Shown piece by piece: positions 9,517 through 20,393 of a stretch of DNA of 64,000 nt (position 1 is its first letter; each line of letters opens with the position of its first letter). The notes beneath the pieces were generated by a model, which searched no databases, had not been told where the DNA came from, and worked only from the letters and a program-made list of their open reading frames with translations. The translations under genes and the position numbers were made by a program. The DNA comes from Acidimicrobiia bacterium (lineage in GTDB: Bacteria; Actinomycetota; Acidimicrobiia; IMCC26256; JAMXLJ01): NCBI GenBank assembly GCA_035651955.1, contig DASRES010000031.1, positions 12,184 through 76,183 of the forward strand. Direction: 5' to 3'.

Positions 9517-10608
9517 ATGGACTTCGAGTTGTCGGAGGATCAGCTCGCGCTGCGTGACGGGGCGCGGGAGCTGCTCGACGGGCTCGCGCCGACGTCGCGC
9601 GTGCGCGGCGTCGTCGAGGCGGGCGGCGGCTACGACGCCGAGCTGTGGGCGGCGATGGTCGAGCAGGGCTGGACGGCGCTCGAGCTGCCCGAGTCGTCGG
9701 GTGGGCTCGGGCTCGGGACCGTCGAGACGGCCGTCCTCCTCGAGGAGGTCGGCCGCCACGTCGCTCCCGCGCCGTTCCTCTCGACGGTGCTGGCGCTCGG
9801 CGCGTTGCACCGCGCCGGCCACGACGAGCGCGTCGGCGATCTCCTCGCGACCGGGTCGATCGCGTGCATCGCGTGGAGTGCGGCGCGCGACGCCGTCCGT
9901 GCGGCACGCGATGGTGACGCGTGGGTGCTGAGCGGGCGTCCGGATCCCACGTTGTACGCGCCGTCGGCGTCTCTGGCGGTCGTGTTCGCGCTCGACGGTG
10001 ACGACGTGCCCGGACTGTTCGCCGTCGATCTCGACGCCGTCGACCGTCCCGCACGGGAGCCGGCGATCGACCAGACGCGCGAGCTCGGATGGCTCACCTT
10101 CGACCGGACGCCGGCGGTACGCCTCGGTGGCGCCGACGCCGTCGACACGCTCCTCGACCGCGGCGCGGCCGGCCTCTCCGCCGAGATGCTCGGCAGCGCG
10201 TCACGCGCGCTCGACATGGCGGTCGAGTACGCGAAGGACCGCGTGCAGTTCGGGCGGCCGATCGGCAGCTTCCAGGCCGTCAAGCACCGCTGCGCCGACA
10301 TGCTCGTCGACGTCGAGGGCATGCGCTCAACCGCGTACTGGGCCGCGTGGTGCATCGGCGCGGACGACCCGGACGCGTCCGTGAGCGCGTCGACCGCGAA
10401 GGTGTGGTGCTCCGACGCGGGGAAGCGCGTGATGGCGTCCGCGCTGCAGGTGCACGGCGGCGTCGGGTTCACCTGGGAGCACGACCTGCACCTGTTCCTC
10501 AAGCGCACGCAGCTCGACCAGCTGACCTTCGGCGACGCCGCGTTCCATCGCCGGCGGCTCGCGGCCATGCTCCGGCCGAGGGTCGAGGCCGGCGAGAGCG
10601 TCATCTGA
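9517..10608 (+). CDS. Acyl-CoA dehydrogenase
   Basis: ACAD C-terminal motifs (FQAVKHRCADM, VHGGVGFTWEHDLHL). Confidence 0.9.
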   Translation: MDFELSEDQLALRDGARELLDGLAPTSRVRGVVEAGGGYDAELWAAMVEQGWTALELPESSGGLGLGTVETAVLLEEVGRHVAPAPFLSTVLALGALHRAGHDERVGDLLATGSIACIAWSAARDAVRAARDGDAWVLSGRPDPTLYAPSASLAVVFALDGDDVPGLFAVDLDAVDRPAREPAIDQTRELGWLTFDRTPAVRLGGADAVDTLLDRGAAGLSAEMLGSASRALDMAVEYAKDRVQFGRPIGSFQAVKHRCADMLVDVEGMRSTAYWAAWCIGADDPDASVSASTAKVWCSDAGKRVMASALQVHGGVGFTWEHDLHLFLKRTQLDQLTFGDAAFHRRRLAAMLRPRVEAGESVI

Positions 10609-10624
10609 TCGCACCCACCCTCGT

Positions 10625-10670
10625 GCGTTGGGTCGTTTTGTCGGCATAGCGACGACAAACGACCCAACGC
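10625..10670 (+). repeat. 46-nt hairpin repeat, copy 1 (terminator-like)
   Basis: GCGTTGGGTCGTTTTGTCGGCATAGCGACGACAAACGACCCAACGC: 18-bp stem with one bulge. Starts 16 nt after the ACAD stop, between convergent genes. Near-identical inverted copy at 18976-19021. Confidence 0.7.
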
Positions 10671-10674
10671 AGCG

Positions 10675-12183
<1,509 letters not shown>

Positions 12184-12191
12184 CGGTCGCG

Positions 12192-13409
12192 TCAGCCGAC
12201 GAGCGGGTTGCGCCAGCCCGCGCTCACGGTCGTCGCACCCTTCACGACGTTCGAGCCGATGAAGTTGCGCTGGATCTCGACGGTTCCCGCGCCGATGCAC
12301 AGCCCGCGGATGTCGCGATACGCGCGCTCGACGGGGTACTCGCGGCTGTACCCGTAGCCGCCGAGGAGCTGGATCGCCTCGTCGCACACGAACTTCGCGG
12401 CGAGGTTCGCGGCGGACTTCGCCATCGCGGTCTCGAGCGCCGGCGGAGTGCCGTGTGGTCCGGCGAGGTGCACCGCGCGTTGCAGCAGCAGGCGCGCGCT
12501 CTCGAGCTGCGTCGCCATGTCCGCGAGCTTCCACTGCAGTCCCTGCAGCTTCGCGAGCGGCTGCCCGCCGATCGTCCGCTCGTTCACGTAGCGCACCGCG
12601 TACTCGAACGCGCCTTGCGCGGCACCCAGGCACATCGCCGCGTTGCCGCACCGTTCGTGGTTGATGTGCGAGATCAACGTCTTGAACGCGTCGCTGTTCG
12701 ACGGGTCGCCCGCGAGGAGCACGTCGCCGGGTTCCACGCGCACGCCGTCGAACGCGAGCTCCGCCTCGCTCGTGCCGCGTAGCCCCATCTTCTCGTGCGT
12801 CCCCGCGACGCTGACGCCGTCCGACTCGAGGTCGACGACGACCGCGCCGATGCCCTTCGCGCCCTCGCTGCCCGGGAAGCGGCACCACACGAGGCACGCG
12901 CGGGCCTTGTGGCCGCCCGTCACGTAGTTCTTGTACGCGTCGAGGCGGTAGCCGTCGCCGTCGGGCGTCAGGCGGGCGCGCATGTTCGTGACCGCCGAGC
13001 CCGCCTCGCTCTCGCTGATGCCGATGCAGAACAGCGCCTCGCCCGTCGCGGCCATCGGCAGCCACCGCTCCTTGAGCCCGTCGCTGCCGAGGTGCTCGAT
13101 CGCGCGCGGCGGTCCGTTGAAGATGAGCTGGGCCAGGATGGCGGACGACACGTCGACCCGCGCGAGCTCCTCGAGCACGATCGACGACTCGACGTCGCCC
13201 ATCCCCGCGCCGCCGTAGCGCTCGCCGATCGTGATGCCGAACAGCTCGGCCTTGCGCAGCGCGTCCCAGGACGCCTGCGGGAACTCCTCGGTCTCGTCCC
13301 AGTGACGCGCCATCGGTGCGAGCTCACGCTCCGCGACGTCGCGCGCCAGCTTGCGCAGGGCTTGGCGGTCGTCGTCCTCGGCAAAGGGATCGGTTCCGTG
13401 TGAGGCCAC
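12192..13409 (-). CDS. Acyl-CoA dehydrogenase
   Basis: ACAD motifs (GGYGYSREYPVERAYRDIRGLCIGAGTVEIQRNFIG). GTG 13409 preferred over ATG 13490, which would place the CDS across a conserved intergenic palindrome. Confidence 0.85.
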   Translation of the reverse strand: MASHGTDPFAEDDDRQALRKLARDVAERELAPMARHWDETEEFPQASWDALRKAELFGITIGERYGGAGMGDVESSIVLEELARVDVSSAILAQLIFNGPPRAIEHLGSDGLKERWLPMAATGEALFCIGISESEAGSAVTNMRARLTPDGDGYRLDAYKNYVTGGHKARACLVWCRFPGSEGAKGIGAVVVDLESDGVSVAGTHEKMGLRGTSEAELAFDGVRVEPGDVLLAGDPSNSDAFKTLISHINHERCGNAAMCLGAAQGAFEYAVRYVNERTIGGQPLAKLQGLQWKLADMATQLESARLLLQRAVHLAGPHGTPPALETAMAKSAANLAAKFVCDEAIQLLGGYGYSREYPVERAYRDIRGLCIGAGTVEIQRNFIGSNVVKGATTVSAGWRNPLVG

Positions 13410-13441
13410 GGCTGGTGAGCGTACCCAGCACGGGCTCGAAC

Positions 13442-13457
13442 CTGACGGCCCCGTCAG
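13442..13457. promoter_or_regulatory. Palindrome CTGAC-GGCCCC-GTCAG (site 3)
   Basis: Exact CTGAC-N6-GTCAG in the divergent ACAD/aldehyde dehydrogenase intergenic region. Confidence 0.55.
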
Positions 13458-13579
13458 CACCCGCCCGCCATTCTGGGAAGCGTCAACCACACACTGTGTG
13501 TCTGAGGCTTCACAGAACGCCCGGCCGGGGGCGGCGGTAGATTGACCGGACGGTCGAGTTCGCGAGCGAGGGAGCTCCC

Positions 13580-15001
13580 ATGCAGGATCGCGACAAGCTC
13601 TACATCGACGGGTCGTGGGTGCCCTCCGCGGGCAGCGACACGATCGACGTCATCAACGCGGCCACCGAGGAGGTGATGGGCCGCGTCCCCGACGGGACGC
13701 CGGCCGACGTCGACCAGGCCGTCGCCGCGGCCAGGCGCGCGTTCCCCGCGTGGAGCGCGACACCGGTCGACGAGCGCGCCAAGTACCTGCAGCGCCTGTC
13801 CGAGGGCCTCGGCGCGCGCAGCGACGAGATCGCCGCGACCGTCAGCGGCGAGGTCGGCATGCCGCTGATGTGGTCGAAGATGATCCAGGCCGGCCTGCCC
13901 ACCGCGGTGATGGGCAGCTACGTCGACATCGCGAACAACTTCACGTTCGAGGAGCAGGTCGGCAACTCCCTCGTCGTGCGCGAGCCCGTCGGCGTCGTCG
14001 GCTGCATCACCCCGTGGAACTACCCGCTCCACCAGATCGTCGCGAAGGTCGCGCCCGCGCTCGCCGCCGGCTGCACCGTCGTGTTGAAGCCGAGCGAGGT
14101 CGCGCCGCTGAGCGCGTTCATCCTCGCCGAGATCGTCGACGACGTCGGCCTGCCGCCGGGCGTGTTCAACCTCGTGTGCGGGACCGGCAAGACCGTCGGT
14201 GAGGCGATCGCGTCGCACCCCGACATCGACATGGTGTCGTTCACCGGCTCGACACGCGCGGGCAAGCGCGTCGCCGAGCTCGCGGCGCAGACGGTGAAGC
14301 GCGTCGCGCTCGAGCTCGGCGGGAAGTCGCCGTTCGTGATCCTGCCCGGTGCGGACGTCGACGCCGCGGTCACCGCGGGCATCGGCAGCTGCTACATGAA
14401 CTCGGGCCAGACGTGCATCGCGTGGACGCGGATGCTCGTGCCGCGCGCGCAGCACGACGAGATCGTCGCGAAGGCGAAGGAGATCGCCGAGGGCTTCGCG
14501 CTCGGCGACCCGGCCGACGAGACGCACATGGGCATCGGTCCCGTCATCTCCGACGCGCAACGCAAGCGCGTCCGGAAGTACATCAAGAAGGGGATCGAGG
14601 AGGGCGCGACGCTCGTCACCGGTGGCCCCGAGAAGCCGAGGGGCTTCCGCAAGGGCTACTACGTGAAGCCGACCGTCTTCGCGAACGTGCGCAACGACAT
14701 GACGATCGCGCAGGAGGAGATCTTCGGCCCGGTGCTGTCGATCATCCCCTACGACGACGAGGAGGACGCGATCCGCATTGCCAACGACACCGTCTATGGG
14801 CTGCACGCGGGCGTGTTCGGCCCGGACGACGAGTCCGCGATGCGTGTCGCGCGGCGGTTGCAGGCGGGCCAGGTCGACATCAACGGCCAGAAGTTCAACC
14901 CGCTCGCGCCGTTCGGGGGCTACAAGCAGTCGGGGAGCGGTCGCGAGCTCGGCCAGTACGGGCTCGAGGAGTTCCTCGAGGTGAAGTCGCTGCAGCTCTA
15001 G
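13580..15001 (+). CDS. NAD(P)-dependent aldehyde dehydrogenase
   Basis: [18 protein letters not shown] and the catalytic-Cys motif [13 protein letters not shown] upstream of the ATG. Confidence 0.95.
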   Translation: MQDRDKLYIDGSWVPSAGSDTIDVINAATEEVMGRVPDGTPADVDQAVAAARRAFPAWSATPVDERAKYLQRLSEGLGARSDEIAATVSGEVGMPLMWSKMIQAGLPTAVMGSYVDIANNFTFEEQVGNSLVVREPVGVVGCITPWNYPLHQIVAKVAPALAAGCTVVLKPSEVAPLSAFILAEIVDDVGLPPGVFNLVCGTGKTVGEAIASHPDIDMVSFTGSTRAGKRVAELAAQTVKRVALELGGKSPFVILPGADVDAAVTAGIGSCYMNSGQTCIAWTRMLVPRAQHDEIVAKAKEIAEGFALGDPADETHMGIGPVISDAQRKRVRKYIKKGIEEGATLVTGGPEKPRGFRKGYYVKPTVFANVRNDMTIAQEEIFGPVLSIIPYDDEEDAIRIANDTVYGLHAGVFGPDDESAMRVARRLQAGQVDINGQKFNPLAPFGGYKQSGSGRELGQYGLEEFLEVKSLQL

Positions 15002-15025
15002 CAGCGGCACCGCGCGAGCGGCAGC

Positions 15026-16150
15026 GTGCGGACAACGGCACGACTACGCATGGATCGACGCGGTCGCCGCGGCGTCGGGTTCGCCGCCGCGGCGACCGTC
15101 GCGCTCGTTGCCGTGCTCGCGGGTTGCGCGTACACCAACCCGGTCTCCGCACCACCCGATCCGGCCGGCCTGCCCGACCCGTTCGTCGTCCTCGTCAACG
15201 GCGTGTACCACGCGTACACGACGAACGGTCCCGACGTGGACCACCCGACGATGAACATCCAGCACGTCACGTCGACCGACCTCGTGCACTGGAGCGCGCC
15301 GACGGACGTCCTGCCGACGCTGCCGTCGTGGGCGGTCGCCGGGCGGACGTGGGCGCCGAGCGTCCTCGTGCGCGGCGGCGCGTCGCCGACCTACGTCCTG
15401 TACTTCACGGCCCAGCCCGCGGACCGCGCCACGAACGGCACGCACTGCATCGGCACGGCCGTCGCGTCGACACCGGACGGGCCGTTCACGCCGCGTGCGA
15501 CGCCGCTCGTGTGCCAGACGGACCACAACGGTGCGATCGATCCGAGCGCGTTCGTCGATCCCGTGAACGGGCAGGCGTTCCTGTTCTGGAAGAGCGAGGA
15601 CAACCTGTTCGTTCCCGCGCGCCCGACGATCATCTGGGCGCAACCGCTCTCCGCCGACGGACTGTCGTTCGCGAGCGGCTCGGCGCCGTCGGCGGTCATG
15701 ACGGCGTCCTCGAACTGGGAGCACGGTCAGATCGAGGCCCCGGCGATGACGTACGACGCGGCGAGTGGTCGCTACGTCGTCTTCTACGCCGGGCACTACT
15801 GGTACAACGAGCCCGCGTACGGCACCGGGTGGGCGGTCTGCACACGCACCGCGACGGGGTTCGCCGCCGGGTCCTGCACCCGAGGCCAGTCCACGCAGTG
15901 GATCGCGTCGACGGCGCACGCGTGTGCGCCCGCGGGCGTGGAGGTGTTCTCCGACAACGCCGGCTACCGCTGGCTCGCGTACCACGCGTACGTGGGACCG
16001 GCCGATCCGTCGACGGGGAAGTGCACCGGCGCGCGGAAGCTCCGCATCGACAAGCTCTGCTTCGCCAACGGCGTCCCACGGACGAACGCGCCGTCGACGG
16101 GCGCGCAGACCCTCACGCGGACCGCGAACTGCGCGACCGACATCCCGTAG
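15026..16150 (+). CDS. Glycoside hydrolase family 43-like lipoprotein
   Basis: Lipobox LAGC after a basic/hydrophobic leader. GH43 propeller motifs DPFVV, WAPSV, DPSAFVD, IEAPAM. Alternative ATG start at 15050. Confidence 0.8.
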   Translation: MRTTARLRMDRRGRRGVGFAAAATVALVAVLAGCAYTNPVSAPPDPAGLPDPFVVLVNGVYHAYTTNGPDVDHPTMNIQHVTSTDLVHWSAPTDVLPTLPSWAVAGRTWAPSVLVRGGASPTYVLYFTAQPADRATNGTHCIGTAVASTPDGPFTPRATPLVCQTDHNGAIDPSAFVDPVNGQAFLFWKSEDNLFVPARPTIIWAQPLSADGLSFASGSAPSAVMTASSNWEHGQIEAPAMTYDAASGRYVVFYAGHYWYNEPAYGTGWAVCTRTATGFAAGSCTRGQSTQWIASTAHACAPAGVEVFSDNAGYRWLAYHAYVGPADPSTGKCTGARKLRIDKLCFANGVPRTNAPSTGAQTLTRTANCATDIP

Positions 16151-16179
16151 CGGCCTCCGCCGCGCGCGGCCGGCCGAAC

Positions 16180-16195
16180 CTGACTACCGTGTCAG
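16180..16195. promoter_or_regulatory. Palindrome CTGAC-TACCGT-GTCAG (site 4)
   Basis: Exact CTGAC-N6-GTCAG, 39-54 nt upstream of the P450 ATG. Confidence 0.55.
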
Positions 16196-16233
16196 GGTCA
16201 CGCGGATCGTCACGCGCAGGGGGTCCCGCTCCG

Positions 16234-17424
16234 ATGACGTACGACATCGAGACCGAGTACCGCGAGATCGACTTCTTCACGGGGCAGCCGTACGGGATGT
16301 GGGAGCGGGCCCGCTCGGAGTGCCCCGTGATCCGTCACGAGTCGTCTGCGTTCGACCATCGCCCGAACTACCAGATCACCCGCTTCGACGACTGCGAGAA
16401 GGTGCTGCGCGACTGGGAGACGTTCTCGTCGTCGATCAACGGGGAGCAGATCGGTCAGTACATGGGCGAGCTGATCCTCGCGATGAACGGCAAGGAGCAC
16501 CGCCAGTACCGCAACCTCGTCGCCAAGGCGTTCCGCGCGTCGGTGCTGGAGCGCTGGGACGCCGAGCTCGTCGCGCCAGTCGTCAACGAGCTGCTCGACC
16601 GGATCGCGCCACTCGGTCGCGCCGACCTCGTGCGCGACCTGACGACCAAGTACCCGGTCCAGGTGATCTGCGGCATCGTCGGTGTGCCGCTCGCGGACCA
16701 CGAGCAGTTCCACCGGTGGGCCGAGGAGATCAACACGGGACCGCTGCACCCCGACGTCGGCATGGCCGCGTCGCGTGCGATGCGCGCCTACCTCGAGCCG
16801 ATCGTCGAGGACCGGCGGCGCAACCCCGGCGGCGACCTCATCAGCGAGCTCGTGACCGCGGAGATCGACGGCGAGCGTCTCACCGACGAGAAGATCTACG
16901 GGTTCCTCCGCCTGCTCCTGCCCGCGGGTGCGGAGACGACGTTCCGCGTGCTCGGCAACTGCCTCACCGCGCTGCTGACGCACACCGACGTGATGGCGCG
17001 TGTGCGCGACGACCGCGACCTGATCCCCGCGGTCATCGAGGAGACGTTGCGCTGGGAGACGTCCGTGACGATGGTGTCGCGGGTGACGACGCACGACGTC
17101 GAGGTCGCGGGTTGCCCCATCCCGGGCGGGTCGCCCGTCAACGTCGTCACCGCGTCCGCGAACCACGACGAGGACCGTTGGCCGGATGCCGACGAGTGGC
17201 GCATCGACCGCGAGCCGAAGCCGCACCTCGCGTTCGGGACCGGTCCGCACCAGTGCCTCGGGATGCACCTCGCCCGGCTCGAGCTGCGCGTCGCGCTCAA
17301 CGCCGTGCTCGACCGGCTCCCGAACCTCCGGCTCGACCCCGACCGGCCGGCGCCCAGCATCCAGGGCCTCGCGTTCCGCGGTCCGGCGGCGCTCGACGTC
17401 CTGTTCGACCCGGTTCCCGCGTAA
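16234..17424 (+). CDS. Cytochrome P450
   Basis: Haem-thiolate loop FGTGPHQCLGMHLA and ExxR (ETLRWE). ATG 16234 lies within a 1003-aa composite ORF. Confidence 0.95.
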   Translation: MTYDIETEYREIDFFTGQPYGMWERARSECPVIRHESSAFDHRPNYQITRFDDCEKVLRDWETFSSSINGEQIGQYMGELILAMNGKEHRQYRNLVAKAFRASVLERWDAELVAPVVNELLDRIAPLGRADLVRDLTTKYPVQVICGIVGVPLADHEQFHRWAEEINTGPLHPDVGMAASRAMRAYLEPIVEDRRRNPGGDLISELVTAEIDGERLTDEKIYGFLRLLLPAGAETTFRVLGNCLTALLTHTDVMARVRDDRDLIPAVIEETLRWETSVTMVSRVTTHDVEVAGCPIPGGSPVNVVTASANHDEDRWPDADEWRIDREPKPHLAFGTGPHQCLGMHLARLELRVALNAVLDRLPNLRLDPDRPAPSIQGLAFRGPAALDVLFDPVPA

Positions 17425-17433
17425 CGCGCGCGT

Positions 17434-18186
17434 TCAGCCGGCCGGCAGAGCGTTGACGAGCACGGACCCCGCGTGCGAGCGCGCGCGGACGGAGCGCGAA
17501 GCGTTCGGGTCGGTCGCGACGCCGATGCGCACGTCGCCGCCGTCCGTGCGCGCGTCCACGCGGTACGGACCACCGGGCAGCACGACCTCGACCGCGCCCG
17601 CGTTGCTCGTCGCGTCGACGTCGTCGGGCACGCTGGCGAACACCAGCCGGACGTGGCCGGCGTCGGTGTGCGCCTTCACGCACCCGCTCCGCGCGCCGTC
17701 CACCTCGATCGAGCCTGCGTCGCTGTGCAGCTGCAGCGCGCCCGCGCAACCGTTGACCGCGATGCGGCCCGCGTTGCTGGCGAGGTCGACGTCGCCGCGC
17801 ACGCCGTCGACCGCGAGCGGGCCTGCGGCCGTCCGTGCACGGACACCGGTGCCGGCGGGGACGACCAGCTCGTAGTCGATCCACCACCAGCCCTCCAGCG
17901 GGCCGCGCGGTGGGGTGACCGAGATCTGCAGCGTCGTCCCGGCGCGCGTCTCCCGCGTCTGCGGCCGCCGTCGTCCGTAGCGCATGTGCCGATGCACGGT
18001 GAGGCGGGCGCCGTCGTGCGCCACGACGCGGACGCTGCCGGCGTCGATCTCGACGTCGACGTGCTCGATGCCGTCGAACGTCAGCTCGTCGTCGGCGACG
18101 CGCCGTGTGTTGCGCGCGACGACGACCGCGACGAGCGCGCCGGTGAACAGCACGAACACGACGAGCGCCGCGATCGCCGCTGCCAC
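17434..18186 (-). CDS. Membrane-anchored DUF4097-like (putative adhesin fold) protein
   Basis: N-terminal TM helix, then repeated beta-strand units (DAGSVRV, NAGRIAV, DAGSIEV, DAGHVRL, NAGAVEV, HAGSVLV). Confidence 0.7.
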   Translation of the reverse strand: MAAAIAALVVFVLFTGALVAVVVARNTRRVADDELTFDGIEHVDVEIDAGSVRVVAHDGARLTVHRHMRYGRRRPQTRETRAGTTLQISVTPPRGPLEGWWWIDYELVVPAGTGVRARTAAGPLAVDGVRGDVDLASNAGRIAVNGCAGALQLHSDAGSIEVDGARSGCVKAHTDAGHVRLVFASVPDDVDATSNAGAVEVVLPGGPYRVDARTDGGDVRIGVATDPNASRSVRARSHAGSVLVNALPAG

Positions 18187-18219
18187 CTGCCCCGCCCCTG
18201 CCCGCTCCGCCTGCGCCCG

Positions 18220-18942
18220 TCAGGACCCGTCGCCGAACATCGTCAGCCACTGGTCGAGCGTCTTGAGCCGGAACACGTAGTTGCGCCGGCGCGTCTCGCC
18301 CATCGTCGCGGACGGTTCGGGTGAGTAGAGGTGACCGGGGTAGAGGACGGTGTCGTCGGGGATCTTGGCGAGCCGCTGCGTGAGGCTCTCGTACATCTGC
18401 GTCGCGTCGCCGCCGGGCAGATCGGTGCGACCGCAGCCGTCGAGGAAGAGCGTGTCGCCCGCGACGAGCCGGCCGTCGAGCAGGAAGCACTGGCTTCCCG
18501 GCGTGTGGCCGGGCGTGTGCAGGAACGTGATCGGGATCGCGCCGACCTCGAGCACGTCGCCGCCGTCGTGCAGCACGAGGTCGCTGTCGGACGCGCCCGT
18601 CACGCGCTTCACGCCCCACGCCTCGTCCCGCTGGACGTGGACGGGCACGCCGCCGTCGATCGCCAGCAGCTCGCGCACGCCCTGGATCGGGTAGCCCATC
18701 AGGTCGCCGCCGACGTGGTCCGGATGCCAGTGCGTGGCGAGCGCGCCCGTCACGCGCATGCCGTCGCCCCGTACGACGTCGACGAGCTCCGCGACGCCGT
18801 ACGCCGGGTCGACGAGCACCGCGTCGCCCGTCTCGCGGTCGCCGATGACGTACGCGAAGTTGACCATCTGGCGCGCGATCGGGTCGTCGCGCGCGAAGTC
18901 GCGTCCCGCGAGCAGCTGCCGGAAATAGAGACGCTCGGTCAC
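18220..18942 (-). CDS. MBL-fold metallo-hydrolase (glyoxalase II-like)
   Basis: HWHPDHVGG metal-binding motif and TPGHTPGS. GTG start. Confidence 0.85.
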   Translation of the reverse strand: MTERLYFRQLLAGRDFARDDPIARQMVNFAYVIGDRETGDAVLVDPAYGVAELVDVVRGDGMRVTGALATHWHPDHVGGDLMGYPIQGVRELLAIDGGVPVHVQRDEAWGVKRVTGASDSDLVLHDGGDVLEVGAIPITFLHTPGHTPGSQCFLLDGRLVAGDTLFLDGCGRTDLPGGDATQMYESLTQRLAKIPDDTVLYPGHLYSPEPSATMGETRRRNYVFRLKTLDQWLTMFGDGS

Positions 18943-18975
18943 CGAACCGATGCTATCGGCGCCCGCCCGCCGCCT

Positions 18976-19021
18976 CCGTTGGGACGTTTTGTCGTCGCTA
19001 CGCCGAGAAACGTCCCAACGC
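18976..19021 (-). repeat. 46-nt hairpin repeat, copy 2 (inverted orientation)
   Basis: On the minus strand it reads GCGTTGGGACGTTTCTCGGCGTAGCGACGACAAAACGTCCCAACGG. Starts 17 nt after the alcohol dehydrogenase stop. About 40 of 46 positions identical to copy 1 by hand alignment with one gap per arm, with a compensatory T:A to A:T swap in the stem. Confidence 0.7.
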
Positions 19022-19038
19022 GGCTGGGGTTCGGGCAG

Positions 19039-20274
19039 TCACCGGAAGTCGAAGGCGCACTTGATCGCGCCGGTGTCGTGCTGACGGGCGATCGTCGTCC
19101 AGGCGTCGCGCCAGTCGTCGAGGCGGAACGTGTGCGTCAGCATCGCGCTCACGTCGACGCGCCCCGAGCGGACGAGGTCGAGGTAGTGCTCGATCGCGTG
19201 CTTGCGAACGCCTTCCACCTCTTCGACACCGAACGCGTTCGACCCGACGATGCGCGCCTCCTTGAAGTACAGCGGCGACCACTCGAACCGGCCGGGCGCG
19301 TTCACACCGCTCACGACGATCGACCCGCGGGTCGCCATCACGCGCAACGCCAGCTCGATCGTCTTCGGCGAGCCGATCGTGTCGTAGACGACGTCGACGA
19401 ATCCGGGGTGCGTCACCGGCAGGCCCGTCCACGGCGCGCGCAGGACACCGCCCGACCACTCCGCGAGCGCGACGACGACGGCCTCGTCGCCCTGCTCGGA
19501 GTCGACGACGAGCGCGCCGAGCTTCCGCGCGAGCGCCTGTTGCGCGGGATGCCGGACGACCGCGGCGACGTCGACCGTCGGGTACAGCGCGCGCAGGATC
19601 GCGATCGCGGTCGTGCCGAGCGCGCCGCCGCCCCACACGACGGCCTTCCCGCCCGTCGGCGGCGGGTTGCGCACGATCCCGTGCAGCGACACCGCGAACG
19701 GGTCCGCGAGGACGGCGACCTCGTCGGGTACGTCGTCGGGCACGGGGATCGCCATGGAATCGTGCGCGGGGAGCTTCTCGGCGAACCCGCCCGTCGCGTC
19801 GGACGAGTTCCCGGTGTGGATGCCCTGCGCGAGCCGGCCGTCGTGGAAGTGCCAGCACTGCGAGTAGTCGCCCTCCTGGCACGGCGGGCACATCGGCGTG
19901 ATGCCACGCGGCCCGCACGACAGCCAGCAGTTCAGCAACACGCGCTGACCGCGCTCGACGCCGCGCGCCTCCGGTCCCGTCTCGACGACGTCCGCCACGA
20001 CCTCGTGCCCCAGGACTTGGGGGAACGAGATGAACGCGGTCATCGACATGTCGGACGCGTCGCCGCCCGTGTCCATCAGGACCTGCTTCGTGTCGGATCC
20101 GCAGATCCCGGTCATGCGCGTCTGCAGGACGACCCAGTCGGGACCGAGCAGCTGCGGATCGGGGACGTCCTGCAGCGCCATCGGCGTGGCGGCGAGGTTG
20201 CGCAGCAGCGGGTCGGCGTCCGCGGGCGGTGCCTCGACGGGCCCGGGGTCGACGCCGAACACCAGTGCCTTCAT
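19039..20274 (-). CDS. Zinc-dependent alcohol dehydrogenase (MDR family)
   Basis: GICGSD, GHEVV and the Rossmann motif GGGALG. Confidence 0.9.
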   Translation of the reverse strand: MKALVFGVDPGPVEAPPADADPLLRNLAATPMALQDVPDPQLLGPDWVVLQTRMTGICGSDTKQVLMDTGGDASDMSMTAFISFPQVLGHEVVADVVETGPEARGVERGQRVLLNCWLSCGPRGITPMCPPCQEGDYSQCWHFHDGRLAQGIHTGNSSDATGGFAEKLPAHDSMAIPVPDDVPDEVAVLADPFAVSLHGIVRNPPPTGGKAVVWGGGALGTTAIAILRALYPTVDVAAVVRHPAQQALARKLGALVVDSEQGDEAVVVALAEWSGGVLRAPWTGLPVTHPGFVDVVYDTIGSPKTIELALRVMATRGSIVVSGVNAPGRFEWSPLYFKEARIVGSNAFGVEEVEGVRKHAIEHYLDLVRSGRVDVSAMLTHTFRLDDWRDAWTTIARQHDTGAIKCAFDFR

Positions 20275-20294
20275 TCGCTGATCCCCCCCTTTTG

Positions 20295-20310
20295 CTGACA
20301 GCGGCGTCAG
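20295..20310. promoter_or_regulatory. Palindrome CTGAC-AGCGGC-GTCAG (site 5)
   Basis: Exact CTGAC-N6-GTCAG in the divergent region between the alcohol dehydrogenase and the ApbE module. Confidence 0.55.
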
Positions 20311-20393
20311 CCTACCGAACGCTGCACGACGATTTACCTGCTCTTGCAGCCCCGTCGCGCTGCCTCTCAGGCTGCCGGTCGATCCTTGCCGGC

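Noticed and set aside
14413-17424. 1003-aa plus-strand ORF
   Set aside because: Composite. Only 16234-17424 is the P450. Upstream it reads out of frame through the aldehyde dehydrogenase and GH43 genes (Arg-rich junk).
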